From positions 25,357,254-25,421,253 of the forward strand of contig NC_068985.1 of the NCBI RefSeq assembly GCF_001194135.2: a stretch of 64,000 nucleotides of DNA, read 5' to 3'. The position numbers were made by a program, and so were the translations under genes. Under the pieces are notes generated by a model, which saw only the letters and a program-made list of their open reading frames with translations, made no database searches and was not told where the DNA came from. This document shows positions 38,057-50,449 of this stretch, piece after piece. Position 1 is the stretch's first letter; each line of letters begins with the position of its first letter. The stretch is from Octopus bimaculoides (Eukaryota).

Positions 38057-38829
38057 ATCTACAGTTGATCTGGTCAACGGAACAGCCTGCTCGTGAAATT
38101 AATGTGCAAGTGGCTGAGTACTCCACAGACATGTGTACCCTTAATGTAGTTCTCAGGGAGATTCTGTGTGATAAAGAATGCAACAAGGCTGGACTTTTGA
38201 AATACAGGTATATATATATATATATATTAATCGAAGTGTACAGTATTATATATCCATATATCCATTACAGCCGATCTTACCAATCGGTTTTGCACTAAGG
38301 GTTCAACGGAATGTTAGGTAACAGTTTGATAATGTAACCCTACTCTCTTCAGAGATGGCAGTAATGGAATAGAATATGGCAACTGCTCTCTATTTTGGGA
38401 GGAGAGCAGACGCATCCAGTTTGTAGTTGCTGTGAAAAAGACACACACAAAATATTATATGTGTACATTTATATATGCATGCAAACACACACACACACAC
38501 ACACATTATGTGAAACAAAATCATATGTAATGTATAATATAATCTGTGTATACCATTGCTAAAATAACATTTTAAGTTCTGATAAGTACCAAGATGAACA
38601 GTAAATGACATTTCACAAGCCATGGAAATAAGCATGAACTCATGTCCTTATGATTGTGAGCCAAAAACCTTAAACACTAAGTCACACACCTTCACATAAT
38701 CTGTAAATGGAACAGTTAAAATGCACAAGACTTATCTCAAGTTAAAAAAATGTGACTTTGTTTTTGTTATCTAGATTCTGGTGGTGTAGCTTTGTATCTT
38801 TGTTAGAAACCAACTCCTTCCTAACAAGA
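37009..38829 (+). repeat. 194-bp direct duplication (37009-37202 and 38636-38829)
   Basis: Six mismatches, all in the first half; the last ~100 bp are identical. Confidence 0.9.
37658..38000 (+). mobile_element. SINE family B copy
   Basis: GTGGAGGTGCAATGGCCCAGTGGTTAGG head; body matches 41502-41889. Confidence 0.85.
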
Positions 38830-39087
38830 TGATTGCAAATAATTGAAAATAAAAGAGAATATACAGACACACGTCCATATCTCTTCCATCTGTGGATATA
38901 CTAATAAAATTGGAAAAATAGCACAATGCCCATGATTTTCAGAAGCAATTTTTTCACATTCAGAATTGTTGAAGCATGAAGACATTATCACCCTCAATAA
39001 TTCAATGCTCCCCAAAATTCATCAACTCTACTCTTGATGTGCCTTTGCACCCAGTCCCCTTCATGGCACTTTTACCATTCACTTTTC

Positions 39088-39255
39088 GGCGATCATTCGA
39101 TAGTAGTACGCTAGTTGTCAACCAGTTTGTCAGCTGGTCAACATGTCACTTATCACTCGCATTGCCGAATTGATGTAAACAAAGACATGTTGACCAGCTG
39201 GTTGACCAGCTGACAAACTGGTTGACAACTAGCGTAGTACTATCGAATGATCGCC
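39088..39255. mobile_element. 168-bp palindromic MITE-like element
   Basis: Arms of about 55-60 bp, GGCGATCATTCGATAG...GATCGCC, nearly perfect. TTC on both flanks (possible 3-bp TSD). Confidence 0.75.
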
Positions 39256-39636
39256 TTCACTTGACTTATTACCACTTTTTATCTCCTCCTGTATTCTTTT
39301 CCACTGAGTTGTAGCACACTTGATTATTGCATGCAATAAATTCATTATTATTATTATTACTATTATTATTATTATTGAGTGAGAAAGCAGTGCATGTCAT
39401 CAAAGTGACACTGGAGTAAAATATATGAAGCCCAGTATACCCATCATGACTACCCGACTGATAAGGGCACACCAGGCACATACATCATAACCATTACATA
39501 GTGATCTCATATCAAGATAAACAGCACATGACCTTGCAGGTGGGGGCCAAGTTAGAATTTCCTTCAAGTTGAGTAGCCCATCCTGCACGAAATAATAATA
39601 ATAATAATAACTTCTGGAGGAGTTACCTTAGTCCTA

Positions 39637-39694
<58 letters not shown>

Positions 39695-40697
39695 AATATT
39701 ATTATTATTGTAGGAGTCAAGCTAGCAGAATTGTTAGTGTGTTGGCAAAAATGCTGAGAGGTATTTCTTCTGGTTTTATATGTTCTGAGTTCAAATCCTA
39801 CCATGGTCAACTTTGCCTTTCATCCCTTCAGGGTCAATCAAAATAAAGCACCAGTTAAGTACTAAGGTCAATAGTATCAACTAAACTCCCAACCTTCAAA
39901 CTGATGGCATTGTGCCTAAATCAGAATTTATTATATACACACATACATGCGTAAGCATACACTGATAGACACACACATATATACACATACATACGAACAC
40001 ACCTATCTACCTACCTACCTACCTACCTACCTACCTACCTACCTACCTACATACACACACACATACATACATACATGTTAACATGAGAAATCTGCTGTTA
40101 CTCCAGAGTACAGATTCCCTCTCTGTTCGGAGACACAAGCACTTATACACACATGTACTCACACACAATGGTAACTTCTGCCTACCAAATTCAATCACAA
40201 GGCTTTAGATGGCTCGAGAATATAGCAGAAGACAGTTGCTCAAGGTGCCACGCAGTGGAACTGAACCTGAAACCATATTGCTAGGTTCTTTGGATATATA
40301 AGTAATTACCCTTACACCATTCTTGAGAAGTTGGTCCTCATAACATGAAAGAAAACGTGACAAATCTGAAAAGCACAACTGCAAGTCATTGAAGGCACTG
40401 TGAAAATATATTTAGTGCATAAAAAGTGCATTTCAACACGTGTACACATGCAAGTATATGTCAGTGTACCTATATATAAGTTAAAACATACACATCCACA
40501 CATGCAATGACGTCCGTGCTTACACATATATATGTACATGCTTAAATGCATATATACATCTGTGCATACATACCCCACTGATGTTGTCTAAATTCCAGTG
40601 GAAGAGCTGTGTTTCTGGGTTAGAAACCAGCTTTTTCTCCATTGGCAAGAAATTTAAAAGATGAAAGACAAAAAGAAATAATGAACAAATAAACATG

Positions 40698-40747
<50 letters not shown>

Positions 40748-40748
<1 letters not shown>

Positions 40749-41045
40749 CATCATCATCATCATCATCGTTTAACGTCCGCTTTCCATGCTAGCATGGGTT
40801 GGACGATTTGACTGAGGACTGGTGAAACCGGATGGCAACACCAGGCTCCAGTCTGATTTGGCAGAGTTTCTACAGCTGGATGCCCTTCCTAACGCCAACC
40901 ACTCAGAGAGTGTAGTGGGTGCTTTTACGTGTCACCCGCACGAAAACGGCCACGCTCGAAATGGTGTCTTTTATGTGCCACCCGCACAAGCCAGTCCAGG
41001 GGCACTGATAACGATCTCGCTCGAAAATCCTACAGGAGCCAGTCA
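40748..41045 (-). mobile_element. SINE family A copy
   Basis: CATCATCATCGTTTAACGTCCGC... closely matches the reverse complement of 20325-20640. Confidence 0.85.
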
Positions 41046-41501
41046 GGCGATATATATATATATATATATATATATACCACATACATACATACATACAGAC
41101 ATACACACACACACACACACACACGTGCATTTACACATGTGCATATATACATATATACATATATACATATCAATGTTGTTAAAACAGAATGCAAGCCAAA
41201 AAGCATTTCTAAACAAAGGGACCTAACTCTTCCCTACGTAACGGAAATCCAATGCAACCCATTTTATAGTTATGAGAATTATATAATTGATTATGATTCT
41301 TTTACTCTTTTACTTGTTTCAATCATTTGACTGGAGCAACGTCTTAAAGGTTTTTTTAGTTGATCCCCAGGCTTTTTTTGAAAGCACTTATTCTATCGGC
41401 GTCTTTTGCTGAACTACTAAGTTACAGGGATGTAAACACGCCAACACTGGTTGTCAAGCAATGGTGGAGAGACAAGTAGAAACACAAAGACACACACACA
41501 T

Positions 41502-41889
41502 TGTTTGTTGGCACTCCGTCGCTTACGACATCGAGGGTTCCAGTTGATGCGATCAACGGAACAGCCTGCTCGTGAAATTAACGTGCAAGTGGCTGAGCAC
41601 TCCACAGACACCTGTACCCTTAACGTAGTTCTCGGGGATATTCAGCGTGACACAGTGTGACAAGGCTGACCCTTTGAATTACAGGTACAACAGAAACAGG
41701 AAGTAAGAGTGAGAGAAAGTTGTAGTGGAAGAGTACAGCAGGGTTCGCCACCATCCCCTGCCGGAGCCTCGTGGAGCTTTTTAGGTATTTTCGCTCAATA
41801 AACACTCACAACGCCCGGTCTGGGAATCGAAACCGCGATCCTATAACCGCGAGTCTACTGCCCTAACCACTGGGCCATTGCGCCTCCAC
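41502..41889 (-). mobile_element. tRNA-derived SINE family B, full-length CpG-rich copy
   Basis: Minus-strand head GGCGCAATGGCCCAGTGG (A box) ... GGTTTCGATTCC (B box). Other copies at 25225-25586 (+) and 37658-38000 (+). Confidence 0.85.
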
Positions 41890-42292
41890 TACACACACAC
41901 ATTGATATACACATATATGTATATACGACAGACTTTTTTCAGTTTCCGTCTTCCAAATCCACTCACAAGGTTTTGGTCAGCCCAAACCCAGAACCATGTG
42001 GTTGGGAAGCAAGTGTCTTACCACACAATCACACCATGATTCTTTAATTGAGAAATGTGCATTGGATGATATTGTGTTCTGGTAACACAGATACATATGG
42101 AAGGCAGGATCATGAGATCATTGAACAGGCTACATTTCAACTCTCTGAGATCTGAGTTCAAATTCTGGCCAATTTTTATTTTTTATTCATTCAAGATTGA
42201 AAAATAAAGTACCAGTCAAGTATTAGAATTGATTCTTCTCTTTCTCACTTTCTGGATAAAGTTGACAGATAGCCAAGACACACTGTCATGTT

Positions 42293-42338
<46 letters not shown>

Positions 42339-43859
42339 CGCGCATGTTTGTGTGCGTGTATGTATATGCATGTGTGTTTGTGTATGTGTATGTGTGAATG
42401 CATGTACGTATGAGTGTGTTTGTATGTATATGCATCTGTGTATGTGTGTCTGTATGTTTGTGTGTATGTGGGTATGTATGTGTGTGTTATATTAAAAAGG
42501 CAAGGAGCATGAAAAGGAGGCAACATGAGTGGGACAAATGTTAAAAAATGCTGTATTAGTTTAATACTTAAAAGGGGAGAGGAGTCTGACATTTCAGACG
42601 CTGGTCCTTCATCTAACAAAAGATCAAAAAGAAAGAAATAAAAGGAGAAACAGTGGAAAAAATAAATAAGAGGCCAGGCTAAAGATCGTGTGGGAATGCA
42701 ATTTTATGGGGGCTTAGGAAGGGAGGAGACAGCCAGCAGGGTGGTGTGTTCATGTATAGGAGTATATCCATGTATAGTGATGGATATGTGGGAGGTATCT
42801 GTGTGTGAGTGGTACTATGGAGTACATGTGTTATGTATATGTGTATGTAGGTCTACATGTATGTATTTGTGCATGNNNNNNNNNNNNNNNNNNNNNNNNN
42901 NNNNNNNNNNNNNNNNNNNNNNNNNNNNNNNNNNNNNNNNNNNNNNNNNNNNNNNNNNNNNNNNNNNNNNNNNNNNNNNNNNNNNNNNNNNNNNNNNNNN
43001 NNNNNNNNNNNNNNNNNNNNNNNNNNNNNNNNNNNNNNNNNNNNNNNNNNNNNNNNNNNNNNNNNNNNNNNNNNNNNNNNNNNNNNNNNNNNNNNNNNNN
43101 NNNNNNNNNNNNNNNNNNNNNNNNNNNNNNNNNNNNNNNNNNNNNNNNNNNNNNNNNNNNNNNNNNNNNNNNNNNNNNNNNNNNNNNNNNNNNNNNNNNN
43201 NNNNNNNNNNNNNNNNNNNNNNNNNNNNNNNNNNNNNNNNNNNNNNNNNNNNNNNNNNNNNNNNNNNNNNNNNNNNNNNNNNNNNNNNNNNNNNNNNNNN
43301 NNNNNNNNNNNNNNNNNNNNNNNNNNNNNNNNNNNNNNNNNNNNNNNNNNNNNNNNNNNNNNNNNNNNNNNNNNNNNNNNNNNNNNNNNNNNNNNNNNNN
43401 NNNNNNNNNNNNNNNNNNNNNNNNNNNNNNNNNNNNNNNNNNNNNNNNNNNNNNNNNNNNNNNNNNNNNNNNNNNNNNNNNNNNNNNNNNNNNNNNNNNN
43501 NNNNNNNNNNNNNNNCAAACTAATACACCTGCTTGTTGTTCATACACCTGTCTTTGTCTTTGTGTCTCTGTAAATTGTGTGTGAATATATGAATTTATTT
43601 GTATATGTGTATGTACACATGTATTCATGCAGACAGGTAATGTTTCAAAATAATCATAAACGTAAATGGTTTACAAATGCATTATTTTAATAGCAACTTT
43701 TGGTGAAATTTAATTAGTTCTATTACTTCAGCATGTTTTTTGAAACATCTTTGGGAGACAAAAAAAGTTAAATTTATAATTTGCAAAAAGAAAAAAAAAA
43801 AAGAAATTATAAAAATTGAGCAATTAGAAGTTAATTTTAATAATTATTTTGCTACTTAC

Positions 43860-43948
43860 TGTCTTACATTTTGCTTCACTTTACCAAATTCCGAAGGTTT
43901 GACCTCATACTTAAGTGACATCCGGTTATCATCAAACACGATGTTAAT
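43860..43948 (-). CDS. PCDH15: PCDH15-like exon INIVFDDNRMSLKYEVKPSEFGKVKQNVR(Q) (start of membrane-adjacent domain)
   Basis: CCTCTCACAG acceptor, GTAAGT donor, phase 0 to 2. Fits both neighbouring exons. Confidence 0.85.
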
Positions 43949-43989
43949 CTGTGAGAGGAATATTTGAAAAATAAATGAGAAATTGATTT

Positions 43990-44460
43990 AAAGAAGAGTT
44001 GTGTGAGAGCTGCAATGTGGTATGGGAGTGAGACATGGTGTCTGAGGGAGAGAGAGATGGTAATTTTGAGAAGGACTGAGGGAGATGTGTGGGGTGAAGC
44101 TGTTTGATAAGCAGAGGACTGAGGATCTGATGGGAATGCTGGGGTTGGAGGAATCGGTGGAATGGTTGGCAAGGGTGAATCGAGTGAGGTGGTATGGGCA
44201 TGTGTTGAGGAGGGATGAAGAGCATGTTCTGAGGAGAGTGATTGCATTTGAGGTAAATGGAGCGTGAAAGTGAGGTAGACTGAGGAAAAGGTGGAGAAGG
44301 AGATCGGGAGGGTTGGTTTTAAAAAGGAGGACACCCAAAACCAGGCAAGATGGTGAGATGGTGAGAGGGCAGTTGCTATGGCATTAAGGTAGATTCAGCC
44401 CCCACCCCTGTTAACAGGGACAAAACCCAGATTTAAAACACTGGATGATGAAGATGATGA
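43990..44460 (+). mobile_element. RTE-type LINE 3' end with (GAT)n tail
   Basis: GSETW..MCGVKLFDK..LGLEESVE..VRWYGHVLRR motif; ends GATGATGAAGATGATGA. Confidence 0.8.
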
Positions 44461-46027
44461 AAATAACATTAATTTTAATCTAGAAACTTTGAGAGATATA
44501 TTATTTCACATCTGTCTAAGTTTCTAAAGCAGAAGAAATTAATAAAATATTCTTATAATATAAACAGCATACAATTCTTGCTGGTAAGAAGAAAGCTTCT
44601 CAAACAGAGAGAAATTCAAAGAACTGTGTTGGTATAATGGTATCACACCTGTCATAACCATAGAATATGGGAGTTGATGTCCATGGGAAACCTTCAACTT
44701 TTTTCTGTTTAAATCAATACTCTACATGCAGTTGTTTATAGTTTTGTCTACTCCAAGTTCAACCATAAAAACGATATATTTCAAGTGTATACTATATTTT
44801 GATTACTTGATAATTTTATTGATTGATGCATTTAAATTAATTTATACATAGGTCTAATCAGCATGTGAATTGGTTTACATAATGAATAATTATCTTTTGC
44901 ATTTCAACTCCCTTTAGATCACTGGCCATCAATACATACCAACCACATCCTTCTGTTCAATATACTCTCTTCTCACTGCTTTCAATTCTTTACCTTCTTT
45001 TTTCATTTCTGTATCCAGTTCTTGTTTCCATTCAGTTAAAGATTTTCTAGAGAAACTCAAGAGCTGAACAGCCTTTTAACCTCAACAAAGATTTCCAGAA
45101 CCAAGAGATTGTCATCAGTTTCTTAAATAAATAGTCTCGTTTATTCAAGGTTTGTAGGATTGTTTTGCTTTCTATTGATGTTTCCAGAGTAAAAAATGTT
45201 TTAGGGAGCAGCACTGCTAACTTTACACCCAACCCTCAGCCCGGAGGACAACGTTTGTGCTGTATCTGTGCTTAATGTATTTTGACCACCATTTAAGATG
45301 AAAAATTCTTTCACTGCTTAATTAGAGGAGCAAGGATAGCCTATGACTTATAAGAAGAAGCAAGAAAGTTTTCTTCAGATCAGAGATCTGACTCAATGCA
45401 TGCAAGAATGGACTCTACAAAGGCAATTAAGGGATAAGTGCCATCTTATGACATAGGCACACTGGGCAATTGCCCTGGAATTCCACAAGTCTAGGAACCC
45501 AATACTAATCTATATATGTTGTGATTGTGTTTGTAGTGACTCCAGTGAGCAGTTTTACCAAGGATTTTAATACTGTTATGGAAGCCCTGCCCAAAGGACC
45601 TGTTAGTTGTGGTAAACAAAGCAATGGAATAGATCTATTATGAGTCAAACAAGTGCCATACTTTGTAATTCTTGGTAGGGTATGCACATAGTCATAGGCA
45701 ATGGAATTAATTGTTTTATTTAAATACCTCTGCACATCAATATAATAATTTAATCATTCAATTTAAATTCTTTAAAAGCATTCTCTGAATTAAGTTGATA
45801 TTGTTCTGCTTTCTGCATTACATTCTTCTTTGGTAAATATAATATGCAATAACAGAATTGAGAAATTTTTCAATGCCATTATTTAAATTTTACTAATCAA
45901 TCCAATGTGTTTATTCTTTGATTTGAAGGAGATTTAGCAGTTATTTCTTGCCAGTTGAGCAACCACCTGTAGTCATTTAGTCTGAAACCTAGTATCTAAT
46001 AAGTGGATGAACTTGATATGTACTTAC

Positions 46028-46219
46028 CACAGCTTTGTTTGTCGCTGGTTTTTGGCCTCTGTCAATTACTTTGACATCAAAATAATAATTTGTTGCATCA
46101 TTTTGCTTGTAGACATCAGAATTAAGTATGTTCCTTCCCAGCATATAAAATGGAATTGTTTTACTAGATACAATTGAGTATGTCAAATAATATTTATCAT
46201 AAAGATCTTTATCTGTTGC
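46028..46219 (-). CDS. PCDH15: PCDH15-like exon ATDKDLYDKYYLTYSIV...TNYYFDVKVIDRGQKPATNKAV (last EC repeat)
   Basis: GTAATCAG acceptor after a pyrimidine tract, GTAAGT donor, 192 nt. ATDKD matches my recollection of vertebrate PCDH15 EC11. Confidence 0.92.
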
Positions 46220-46640
46220 CTGATTACAAAGAAAAATGAAATGAAAAACATATTAGAAGGTTCATACATCTTATATGTACATATTTTACATTTTCATTTA
46301 CAAACATACATAGATTTATCTTAGGAAACGATCTGGTTAATGGCTGAACAGTTTGTAACTTGACTTTGATGTTGCACTGAATTCTTAGTAAACTAACACC
46401 CAAATACACAGTGTGTCTAAATACAAGATTTTGTTTTATCTTTTATCCTTTACTTGTTTCATTCATTCAACTTCGGCCATGCTGGGGCACTGCTTTCAAG
46501 TGATTAGTTGAGCAAATTGGCTCCAGTACTTTTTTCTTAAGCTTGATTATTCTTCTATTGGTTTCTTGTTGTTGAATCACTAAGTTACTGGAATGTAAAG
46601 AAACCAATGCCATTTGTCAAGCAACATATATACACACACC

Positions 46641-46699
<59 letters not shown>

Positions 46700-46880
46700 T
46701 TCTAATTGTTATACAAATTTGGGGTAAAACCTTCACTTTTACCCGCCCCCATTGATTGCACTTAGTATAGCACTAGTGTAGCAATAATTGGGTACCCTCC
46801 CAGCAGTATATTGGATAGATACTATCCCTTAGTGGGTTGAACCCCCAACCCCTAACTCTCTCACATTATATATATATATA

Positions 46881-47749
46881 TACAAGGTGTGGTGGATAAA
46901 CTGTCGTCTAAATTACACGAAAATGAAAATAACACTGACATCTCATTTTAACAGATATATATACCAAAATAACATAAAAATATCTTGAAATACTAGAGTA
47001 AATTTATTCAATAAAATCACCATTGGCTTCAACCACAACTTCTTGGTGACTTTGGAATCTCCTGCAACTCTTCAAGACGATCTCCTTGTTTAAGTTGATC
47101 AATGCAGCCATAATCTTTGCCTTCAATTCATCTTTGATACAAAAAGGAGTTTTGTGGGTCTCTCGCTCAACTGCACCCCATAATAATCAAGGGGATTATA
47201 GTCTGGGGAGTGAGGTGGCCAGATGTTAGGGGTGGCGTGGTTGCAGAAATTGTCTGACAGCCATGACTGGGTTCTCCTGCTTGTGTGGCATGGTGCAGAG
47301 TCCTGCTGTGAGACACAGGGTCTTCCAGCAGCCACCCTCTTGACTCAGAACAGCACTACCTCCTCCAGGCACTTGATGTAGGCCTCCATGTCGAGTCTGA
47401 GACCGTGTAGTAAGATGAATGGAGGCATAACATTGCCATTACCTGATCATTCCAAACATCATGATGTTGACTAGATGTTTGATTTTTATCACTCTTGTTA
47501 TATGTCCTCAGATTGACACCCAAACACTCTGAAATGTTTATATTGGAGCTTCTGGCATGAATGTCAAGCAGTACAGCATACTGTTTCCAAATTTCTGACA
47601 GAGCAAATTGCGTCATGGTGCTGTTTTTCTCACAGATGGTGCCCAACTGACCCTACCATAATGTGTAGTCAATAAAATCAAAGACAAACAATGTGCATGC
47701 ACAAAATTAAAAATATAAAATGGTGGCAATTTACCCATCGCACCGTGTA
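46881..47749 (-). mobile_element. Decayed maT/DD37D-like Tc1-mariner element with imperfect TIRs
   Basis: QQDSAPCHTS and WPPHSPDYNPLDYY motifs. Ends TACAAGGTGTGGTGGATAAA and TTTACCCATCGCACCGTGTA are related inverted repeats set in (TA)n. Confidence 0.8.
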
Positions 47750-47776
47750 TATGTATATATATTTATATCATCACCA

Positions 47777-47854
<78 letters not shown>

Positions 47855-47858
<4 letters not shown>

Positions 47859-49114
47859 GTGTACGTAAGATATTTGAGGACAGATTTATGTTTATAAAAA
47901 AACAGATATACAATAACAGATAACTTTATAAAAAAATACTATGAGGATAAAAAGAAACCTTCTTTTCTATAATGTTGTACTTCAATAAAGCCACCTTCAT
48001 CTTCAGCAATTGCTTCTATATGAGATCTAAATCATCTACATGCTCAAATCAAGTGGTCCTGGTTCATTTTGGACATTACTCTGACTATGGTAGCTTTCAA
48101 AGAATCTTTGGTGTTATGGGCATGTTCATTGACCTCTCTCTAAACAATGCTCCACATGTAATAGTCCAATGAATTGAGATCTAGAAAATTAGGAGGCCAG
48201 ATGTTAGGGGTTATGTGATCATGAAAATTTTCAGTTATCCATTCCTGTGTTACTAGAGCCATGTGTGATAGTGCAGAGTCTTACTAAAACATATATGGCC
48301 TTCCATTGCATACACTGTCTATCCAGGGCTTAACAATTATTTCCAGGACCTCAATGTAGGTGGCAGAGTTAACTCTAAGGCCTTGTGGAAAGAAGTAAGG
48401 AGGCATCACATGTCTTTCATTGGTGACAACCCCTAAAACCATGACAGTTGCAGGAAATTTTGAATGCATAACACTTGGAACTTCAGAAGGGTCTGCACAT
48501 AACCATCTGTCATTTCTTCTGTTAACTTTTTGATCTTGGTCGAAATTTTTCTTGTTTGAGAAAAACCAAATCAAATCTTCTGCTGGATTTTCAGTTTGTT
48601 TAAGAGCCTTTTAGATCTGATGTAGTGATTGACTTTTGCTTTTTCGGACAAACTGACCTTTCTTCATATAAGACTTAAATTTGATGTCTTCATGGACAAC
48701 ATTTCTGACTGTTCCTTCTGACACATGGAGATCTTTTGCAATTGACCTCATGGACTTTCTGGGATTGTAATCAATGGTCTGTTAAACTTGCTGGATAAAT
48801 TCAAGTGTTCTGATGATTTCAGAGCGTTTAGAATGCCTTTTATGCTTTGATACTGATGATACATTTCCATCTTCAGTCTCTAGCTCTTTACAAACTTTGT
48901 AGACAAATGATATGGCAACTTTGAAAAATCGAGATATTTCTAAATCGCTATGCTCAGCCTTTATAACCACAATAACAGCATGCCTCTTCATTTCTTGAGT
49001 AAGCTGAGAGTCTGCCATTATTATTTTCTTAAACAAAGATTATCCAGAGTTAGCAAATAATGCAGCAATGACCCCCAAGAGCGTATGTCCCCAAATACCT
49101 TATGCACCCTTTAT
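47855..49114 (-). mobile_element. Second decayed maT/DD37D-like element
   Basis: ORFs 48782..49036 (HTH N-terminus) and 48284..48574 (FFSNKKNFDQDQKVNRRNDRW..VMVLGVV). TIR-like TACAGTGTACGTAAGATATTTGAGGAC and GTCCCCAAATACCTTATGCACCCTTTA. Confidence 0.85.
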
Positions 49115-49134
49115 ATATACATATATATGTGTGT

Positions 49135-50340
49135 GTGTGTGTTCATTAAAGATTTACCCTGACCCACTTCTGGTTATTGCAGGAAACGGAACTTGTATGG
49201 GTATAATCATACATGTCTCTACATGTCACATTATAAATTGCAGCTTTCCACTAGCATTTGCTTATTTTTCTACAGATGCTGAAATGGACTAAGGTGTTAT
49301 AATGGAATTAGTTGAATGCAGATCAATGCTCAGGTTCTTATGCATGAAAGGTTGTACACCAAAAGAGACTTTCGATGAAATGAAAGAAGTTTATGGTGAC
49401 AATGCACCATCATATGACATAGTCAAGCACTGGCATCGCCAGTTCAAATGTGGTCAGACATCAGTGGAAACTATTCCTATTCCTGGACAACCACATTCCA
49501 TCATTGATGAAGACACCATCCATAAAGTGGAAGCTGCCCTTTTGGAAGATCGTCGCATAATATTCGGTAAATAAGTGTAGGGTCCATGGAAAAAAATCAT
49601 TCATGACCATTTGCACAATGGATTCATTGGATGCTCACACCTTTCCAGAAGTAGGAACATGTCAATTGCTCCCAGGATCTTTTGGCAGACTTATCACACA
49701 GGGTGAAACATGGGTCTACCACTAATATCCTGAAAGTCCAGTCGAAGTAATGGAAGCATGATAACTCACCACCTCCAAAGAAGGGTCATCTCCAACCCTT
49801 AGCAGGCAAGGGGATGCTCACAGTCTTTTGAAACCAGCGAGTAGTGATGATGGATTTTCTGGCAAAGAGCACCACAATTAATGGGGCATATTATGCTTCT
49901 CTACTGCAGAAATTGAGGGATGCCATCAAAGCAGAGAGGCATGGCATACTGACTAAAGGAGTCTGCCACCTCCAAGACAACACCCCAGTTCACAATGCAC
50001 ATGTTGCCCAGATGAAAGCACACTTCTGCAGCTATGAAATCCTTCTTCACCCCATTTACTCACCTGACCTCACACCATCTGACTTCCACCTCTTTCTAAC
50101 CATGAAGTCTTTTTTTGAAGGAGAAGCACTTTTTGGATGATGATGAACTTATTTCCGAGGTAAAGTCTTGGCTCCAGATGCAACCTACTGACTTCTACAG
50201 ACAAGGTCTGCACAGCTGCATAAAGCAATGGGAGAAGTGTGTCACCATTGGTGGTGGCTATGTAGACTAATAATTATGCCACTTTGTTTATCCCAGTCTT
50301 TGAGAAGTGGGTCAGGGGAAATCTTTAACAAATACCCCTT
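49135..50340 (+). mobile_element. Decayed mariner (irritans-like)
   Basis: ORFs 49302..49574 and 49844..50140 (QDN..VH, HPIYSPDLTPSDF). TIR core TTAAAGATTT(A/C)CCCTGACCCACTTCT at both ends. Confidence 0.88.
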
Positions 50341-50400
50341 GCACATACATACATATATATATATGCATGTATATNNNNNNNNNNNNNNNNNNNNNNNNNN

Positions 50401-50444
<44 letters not shown>

Positions 50445-50449
<5 letters not shown>

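Noticed and set aside
40305-40397. Possible minus-strand exon AFNDLQLCFSDLSRFL
   Set aside because: Exon 35200-35277 fits the phase and domain pattern better; the donors here give the wrong phase.
41790-41889. tRNA-like heads with A and B boxes (also 25225, 36400, 37658, 58222)
   Set aside because: They continue into repeated SINE bodies and I could not fold a full cloverleaf, so they are not called as tRNA genes.
42690-43628. Long ORFs in the track (also 36381-36793, 37241-37774, 59675-60611)
   Set aside because: They run through N gaps and microsatellites and are artefacts.
44940-45066. Open minus-strand stretch LLSFSRKSLTEWKQEL...KDVV with a GTATGT donor
   Set aside because: Not cadherin-like, and its phase (0 to 1) breaks the 46028-to-43948 junction.
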